Shown: positions 56,858 to 64,000 of the stretch, piece after piece
How positions within the stretch are numbered: the stretch's first letter is position 1
Layout: every line of letters begins with the position of its first letter
DNA from: Octopus vulgaris
Taxonomy: Eukaryota
Length of the DNA stretch: 64,000 nucleotides
Direction: 5' to 3'
Assembly: GCA_951406725.2 (NCBI GenBank)
Contig: OX597816.1
Location: 56,668,001-56,732,000, forward strand
Notes under the pieces: generated by a model
Database searches by the model: none
What the model was told of the DNA's origin: nothing
The model's input: only the letters and a program-made list of their open reading frames with translations
Translations under genes and position numbers: made by a program

Positions 56858-56889
56858 TTTTATATATCACAATTCGTGTTCCACATCTC

Positions 56890-56996
<107 letters not shown>

Positions 56997-57065
56997 TAGG
57001 GAGTATAACTCCAAACTAATAGGGAAAATTCGATTTTGCATTAGATCAAATTTCACAATCTAAAT

Positions 57066-57392
57066 ATATAATATATATAAATTAGAGAAAAACCACTATT
57101 ATCTAATTCAAACAATGATAGACATAAAACATATCATATAGAAAATATATTATAAAACATAAAACAAAATCACAAAAAGTACAAAAAGTGAATAAACAAT
57201 ATATAAATACTTAATATATTATATATTATTATATATAATACTTATTATATATTGTTTATTCATTTTTTTGTACTTTTTGTGATCTAGTTATATGTTTTAT
57301 AATATATTTTATTTTTTCTATATGATATGGTTTATGTCTATCATTGTTTGAATTACATAATAGTGTTTTTCTCTAATTTATATATATTATAA
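57066..57392. repeat. Diverged AT-rich palindrome with ~145-bp arms
   Basis: AATTAGAGAAAAACCACTATTAT... / ...ATAATAGTGTTTTTCTCTAATT. Confidence 0.88.
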
Positions 57393-57879
57393 ATATATAT
57401 ATAGCGTTTCGGCAAAAGATACTGATAGAATAAGTACTAGGCTTACAAAGAATAAGTTCTTGGGTCGATTTCTTCGACTAAAGGCGGTGCTCCAGCATGG
57501 CCTCAGTCAACTTACTGAAACAAATAAAAGAATGTCGTCAGACAATAGTGAGATCGATAGAGCTATTTTTTCACTGTACATCAATAGAAGCCTTCAGTGG
57601 TAGATACAGTACTTATCGATCTGTTGACATTGATCCATAAAAGGAAACGCTGATGCGAGTGTGAATTCCAAGAGATGGTAATTTTGGTAAAGAATAACTT
57701 TAGAGAGTAGTTCGAAAGTAATTAAAGGGATGGGACAATGGAGGAGGGTGGGGAAAAAGGAGGCGTCGGAATGTGAAATGGTCATGGGTGGTTGAAGACT
57801 TTTGAAAATAGACGAGGAATAGAAAGAAGAACCAACAAATGCCCGTGAGTTGTAGTGGAATGGTAATTCTTTACGCATC

Positions 57880-57927
<48 letters not shown>

Positions 57928-57942
57928 TGTAGTGGTGGTGGT

Positions 57943-57975
<33 letters not shown>

Positions 57976-58194
57976 AGCGGCGGTGGCGGCTGTACCCCAA
58001 TCAATATAGAAATTGGAAAAAAAAAGGGGGGGAAATGAGAAAGGAAAAGTCACGCGTCACAATGGATTATTTAGTGGGAATGGTTATAGCTGGACACTTC
58101 ATAAAGTTGACACAAACGTATTTCCACTTCGGAATAAAATTCTGGAAGTTATTTCTTCGAAATTATTTTGCAGTGAGTTAAATATTATGCTTTT

Positions 58195-58733
58195 CTACTC
58201 TAAGCACAAGGCCTGAAATTTTGGGGAAGGGGACAAGTCGATTAGATCGACCCCAGCACGCAAAGGATGAAAGACAAAGTCGACCTCAGCGGAATTTCAT
58301 CTCAGAACGTAAAGACAAACAAAATACCTATTTCTTTACTACCCACAAGGGGCTAAACACAGGGAGGACAAACAAGGACAGACAAACGGATTAAGTCGAT
58401 TATATCGACCCCAGTGCTTAACTGGTACTTATTTAATCGACACCGAAAGGATGAAAGGCAAAGTCGACCTCGGCGGAATTTGAACTGAGAACGTAGCGGC
58501 GGGCATAATACCTATTTCTTTACTACCCACAAGGGGCTAAACACAGAGGGGACAAACAAGGACAGACAAACGGATTAAGTCGATTATATCGACCCCAGTG
58601 CATAACTGGTACTTATTTAAACGACCCCGAAAGAATGAAAGGCAAAGTCGACCTCGGCGGAATTTGAACTCAGAACGTAACGACAGGCGAAATACCGCTA
58701 AGCATTTCGTCCAGCGCACCAACGATTCTGCCA
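58195..58733 (-). mobile_element. Meta-domain-type SINE with tandem units
   Basis: Reverse complement of the 55006 family. Confidence 0.9.
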
Positions 58734-59043
58734 GTATTAACACTTCAAATAATGTTAATCAAATACTCGTCTAGAAATATCAACAGTTCCCACAAATGTT
58801 AAAAGACACAGGACAAAATCGAGAAATATTTTCCAATGGTAGACATAAGAACAAACGTTCTCTAGAATACAGATTTCTGTTTAAAATGTATTAGGTGTAA
58901 CAGTATCTATCTTGGAGAAAATTACTTTGGTCACAACTATAGCAGTAACATTTCTGCCAAGCTATGAAAATGACCAACAAAAATGGACACTACCCCGCTC
59001 CAGCTACAAGAGGTGTTTGTATATACAGAATTAGGCGCAGCTA

Positions 59044-59102
59044 CCAAAACCTTGTGGGTGGATTTGGTAGACGGAAACTGAAAGAAGCCTGTCGTATATA
59101 TG

Positions 59103-59133
<31 letters not shown>

Positions 59134-59340
59134 ATATATTTGTGTGTCTGTGTTTGTCCCTCTAGCATTGCTTGACAACCGATGCTGGTGTGTTTACGTC
59201 CCCGTAACTTAGCGGTTCGGCAAAATAGACCGATAGAATAAGTACTGGGCTTACAAAGAATAAGTCCCGGGGTCGATTTGCTCGACTAAAGGCGGTGCTC
59301 CAGCATGGCCGCAGTCAACTGACTGAAACAAGTAAAAGAG
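59044..59340 (+). mobile_element. 5'-truncated CORE-type SINE family A
   Basis: Homology to 46340-46601. Confidence 0.9.
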
Positions 59341-60022
59341 AGATGGAGAGAATTAAAACCGATACAAAAACTGTAAATTACTCAATATTTATATTGAAAG
59401 TTCATCTTTCTCGCTTTTCTTCACAGTGTATGTTTTCATACATACATACACACGCATACACGTGTCTGTGCACGTGTGTGTGTGATGTTGTGGGTGCAGA
59501 TGTACGTGAAACGGCCGAGGGGGTGCAAGTGTACTTTTCAACTTAAACTCAAAGACGCACGAAACGTTTTAAACCTGAATCTATAAAGTTATTCCAAATA
59601 TTTTTAAAGATATTTTTTATTCTCTTTCAGTATTTCTCTTTTTGTTGCTTCACATAAAAAAAAAAGGCTTTTGTTACTGAAAAAAAAATATTTTTAAAAA
59701 AACCCATTAAACATTATATGAGCAAGTTTCTTTCAACGATTCGGTTAAACAGTTGATTGAAAGATGTTTGACGAGTTAAATAAGTGAAAACAGTAAAACA
59801 GCGGCCACGCCACCACCACCACCACCACGAACAACAACAACAACAATAAACAACCAAGCGAATCAGTTTACAATTTCTTTAGACACACCTAAATATGTTT
59901 CAATATATTTAAATATATTACACTTGCAGTCAGGGCAAAGATTTGTTCGGTTTTATGAATAACCCTAACAAAATGACACCTGTAATTATAAAGAACTCTC
60001 TCTCTACCACCACCACCACCAC

Positions 60023-60066
<44 letters not shown>

Positions 60067-60229
60067 GCATCTTCTCTTCTCTCTTTATAAATAGATCTCT
60101 GTGTTTCTTTATGGTTACAGAGAGTTTCGTGTAATATTTAAGGGTATGTCTATAAAAAAACAACCATAAATACAAAGAAATTTTGTTCACTTAATCCCAT
60201 TTTTTTTTTCTACTCTAGGCACAAAACCC

Positions 60230-61167
60230 GGATTTTTTCTGTTTGATGGACGGAATTTTCTAGTTAACTAAACAATTTGAAACTTCGTAAACTTGTAGAA
60301 TGTGTCAAAAGAAAACATTATTGTAAACAAAATTGAAAACAAAATTGTAATTCGTAACTTTAACGTAGTTTAATTCTACGAATTTTAGCCAATGAAATCG
60401 CAGCATTCGATCTCAAATTATTTGCTGCGTCTAAAAACTCACACGCACACGTCTTATTCATCCTTTCTCTCTCTTCTGTCTTCTGTCTTCTACATGTGCT
60501 AGAAATAACAGCTATATCTCTTAAATCGATGAATTTCGTAGCCCAATAAAAATATTAACGATATTTTTTGAATATTTTCTTTATTTTTTTTTACCGCTAT
60601 ATCTCTTAAATCGATGAATTTCGTAGCCCAATAAAAATATTAACGATATTTTTAAAATATTTTCTTTATTTTTTTTTTTACCGAAAAGGCCTCTCCCATG
60701 GTTTTGAAGGGCCAGAAACAACAAAAACAAAACAATAATATGCCTAAATCGGTCTAGAGTTTGCGCGTGGAGTGTGAGTCGTATTATTTTTATTTTTTAT
60801 TTTATCTAGTTTCAGCTCACATGCTGGGGCACCGCCATTTGTAAAAATTTGCGAAATATTTTTTCATAAAAGGATGCCCCAGCTTGTCGGAAGCTGTGAT
60901 ATAAATTGGGGAAAAAATCCTCGATACCAGTGCGTAATTGGTACTTAATTTATCGACCCCTAAACGATGAAACATTGACCCCCCCCCCTTCTGGTTTATT
61001 TACCTTTTGTGTAAATTTGTTATGGCAAGGAGCAACTCACGAACGTGTATGTATGCTTGTGTGCGTATGTGTGTGTATGTATATGTCCGTTTGTATGTGT
61101 GTGTACGCTTATATATTAATTACTATGTGCTTGTGCAAATGTATATGCATGTGTTTGAGAGAGAGAG

Positions 61168-61250
<83 letters not shown>

Positions 61251-61463
61251 CTGCTATATTTCTTTATCAATATCGATAACGCAGCAATGCTGGGATTTAA
61301 TTGGTTAAAATTCGTTGAATTAAACTACGTTTAAGTTACAAATTACGATTTTGTTTTCAATTTTGTTTACAATTATGTTTTCTTTTGACACATTCTACCA
61401 GTATACGAAGTTTCAAATTTTTTAGTTAACTAGAAAATTCCGCCCATCAAACAGAAAAGATCC
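60230..61463. mobile_element. Non-autonomous DNA transposon with ~178-bp TIRs and an 8-bp TSD (Merlin-like)
   Basis: GGAT...ATCC termini; arms 60230-60407/61286-61463; TSD CAAAACCC at 60222-60229/61464-61471. Confidence 0.8.
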
Positions 61464-61840
61464 CAAAACCCGAAGTTATGGGGGAGGGGACCAGTCGGTT
61501 AGATCGACCCCAGTGCGTAACTGGTACTTAATTTATCGAACCCCAAAGGATGAAAGACAAAGTCGATCTCGGCGGAATTTGAACTCAGAACATAAAAACA
61601 GACGAAATACCTATTTCTTTACTACCCACAAGGGGCTAAACACAGAGAGGACAAACAAGGACAGACAAACGGATTAAGTCGATTATATCGACCCCAGTGC
61701 GTAACTGGTACTTAATTTATCGACCCGGAAAGGATGAAAGGCAAAGTCGACCTCGGCGGAATTTGAACTCAGAACGTAACGGCAGACGAAATACGGCTAC
61801 GCATTTCGCCCGGCGTGCTAACGTTTCTGCCAGCTCGCCG
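61464..61840 (-). mobile_element. Meta-domain-type SINE whose 3' tip lies at 60208-60229
   Basis: Homology to 55006-55584. Confidence 0.9.
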
Positions 61841-61845
61841 CGTTA

Positions 61846-61884
<39 letters not shown>

Positions 61885-62119
61885 GTTTCAAATTTTGACA
61901 CGAGGACAGCAATTTTGTAGGGAGGGGATGAGTCAATTTCACTGGTACTTAAGATATCGACCCCAAAAGGATGAAAGGTCAAGTCAACCTCGGAGGAATT
62001 TGAACTCAGACGAAATACAGATAAGCATTTCGTCCGGCGCGCTTAAGGATTCTACCAGCTCGTTGCGTTGCTCTGTGGACTATATTAGTGGTTAAATACG
62101 TGGAGTTTATTTCTACTGT

Positions 62120-63090
62120 CCACAGACTAGCTTCAGGTCATGCTGCCAGAGCTGGACTCTCAGCGCTTAGCAGTAGATCTTAAAATGAACTGCATGGAAA
62201 CAAGACATACTCGGTCAGAAGGGGTAACACGAGACAGAGCAGGGGTGGGAAATGATGAAATCGAGAAGGTAAAGGAATACGTCTACTTAGGGTGCACAGT
62301 GAATACACGTCGAGATATGGATGCTGAAATCCCAAAAGGAATAAGGGCAGAATGGAAGGTGTTTAACTCAATAAAGATTATGCTCTAATCAAAGCTAGAC
62401 AATGTCATACGTGCCAGACTCTTCAACAGCACGGGTCTATATGCGCTCGTACATGAAAGTGGATTGTGGGCCACTACGAAGAGGACAGGACATTGATTGG
62501 ATACGCAAAGAGCCATGGGCGGTTCCGTGCAACGGATATCATTAAGGCGGAGAGCTGGCAGAGTCGTTAGCACGTCGGGCGAAATTCTTTGCGGTATTTC
62601 GTCTGCCGTTACGTTGTGAGTTCAAATTCCGCCGATGTCGACTTTACCTTTCATCCTTTCGGGGTCGATAAATTAAGTACCAGTTACGCACTGGGGTCGA
62701 TGTAATCGACTTAATACCTATGTCTGTCCTTGTTTGTCCCCTCTATGTTTAGCCCCTTGTGGGTAATAAAGAAATAGGATATCATTGTGAGAGTGTATCT
62801 GAGATGAGATGATTCGAGAACGGTGCGGAGTGAACGATGCGATCGTAAAATTCTGAAAGTAGGAGTTCCGCTGGGCCAGACATGTCGTCGTAAGATTCAC
62901 AGAATACAGGTCGACCCGTGCAGTTGCCGAGTGGTATCTAAGAGATCGGAAAGGGCCTCTTAGATGGCCTTCACGATGATAGGAAGACGATTTAGTCAAG
63001 CAATTCGGGCTAAAATGCAAAAGAATGGTGCAATGAAGACAAAGCTGGAAGCACATTGTGCCCAGCGGTGTGTAACTGGTCGATGCAGGG
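62120..63090 (+). mobile_element. Decayed RTE LINE RT/C-terminal relic
   Basis: EIEKVKEYVYLG, WATTK, QRAM, EMIRERCGV and FRWARHV. Confidence 0.85.
62544..62776 (+). mobile_element. Single-unit Meta-type SINE inserted in the RTE relic, 10-bp TSD
   Basis: TSD GGATATCATT at 62534-62543/62777-62786. Confidence 0.93.
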
Positions 63091-63403
63091 ATACAGTGTT
63101 TACTGTCTGGTACTGAATAATGCACACAGAATTGACCATGAGAGAAACGGTTGTGTTTTAGTGTTTAAACAAAATGCTTTTCAGAGATTCAAAACGAAAG
63201 GAAAGAATTGCTGGACAACGGACCCACCTTCATTTTCATTTCACTTCTGGTTGTGCTTTCGATTTGGAAATGTTGTCCTCCAATGCATCCGTTTCCTGAG
63301 ACTCTGTTAATCCTCTCTGACTGTGGAATGCCGTCTGACATTGTTTGTTTTAAATCTTGGGCTTCAGTGCTTGAATTGAATGAAAGAGAATATATCTTGG
63401 GGA

Positions 63404-63722
63404 ACTCCGTCGGTTACGACGATGAGTGTTGCAGTTGCTCCGATCAATGTAACAACCTATTCGGGGAAATTAACGTGAAAGTGGCTGAGTACTTCACAGA
63501 CACAAACTCTTAGCCTAGTTCTCGTAAGATTCAGCGTGAGATAGAATGCAACAAACTTGGCCCTTTTGAAATAGAGGTACAACTCATTTTTGAGAGCTGA
63601 ATGGAATGAATCAAAGTGAAATAAAGTGTCTTGCCCAAGGACACAACGCGACGGCTGGAATCAAACTCTTCACCTCATGTTCGTCAGCCGAATTCTCTAA
63701 CCACTTGGCCATGCGTCCTCAC
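63404..63722 (-). mobile_element. SINE (head 2/CORE + tail B)
   Basis: Minus strand has GTGTCCTTGGGCAAGACACTTT core and the tail shared with 32413. Confidence 0.85.
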
Positions 63723-64000
63723 TTATTACTGCAGCACTTGAAACACCTAACTAATAACAGACGGCGATCTTTAGGTCACAGGAAAGTGTTGTGACAACAC
63801 CCACGAGTAGCGTTCAGGTTGTGGGATCTGTGGGAATAAAATTAAAAAAGACTGACGTCAAGGAAATGTTGTTGCGATGGGACAGTTTAACCAACAAAAG
63901 CGGGTGTTTGTTTTAGAACATTATAGTAATGAGTTACCTTTAATCTTCTATTTGTTTCAGTTATTTGACTGCGGCCCAGCTGGGCCACCGTTTTTGAATA

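Overview
This is eukaryotic, AT-rich, extremely microsatellite-dense intronic or intergenic DNA. The tRNA-derived SINE families and the (TA)n/(CA)n/(GATA)n density resemble an octopus (cephalopod) genome; that assignment is recognition from memory, not a database result. I find no credible host protein-coding exon, and almost all ORFs in the track are translated microsatellites. The window is a mosaic of several SINE families, LINE 3' fragments (CR1-like, RTE, Tx1-like, RLE/Dong-R4-like), non-autonomous Helitrons, hAT, piggyBac, Tigger-like and Merlin-like MITEs, and a decayed DNA transposase. The most notable signal is about 9-11 type-I hammerhead ribozyme (HHR) motifs. They lie in short AT-rich modules that sit in or next to microsatellites and often form local inverted repeats, as Penelope-like elements (PLEs) do. 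One module occurs twice and is a tRNA-headed SINE with a minimal hammerhead; the full copy has a 12-bp TSD and an inverted terminal duplication. It is a candidate Penelope-mobilised ribozyme SINE.
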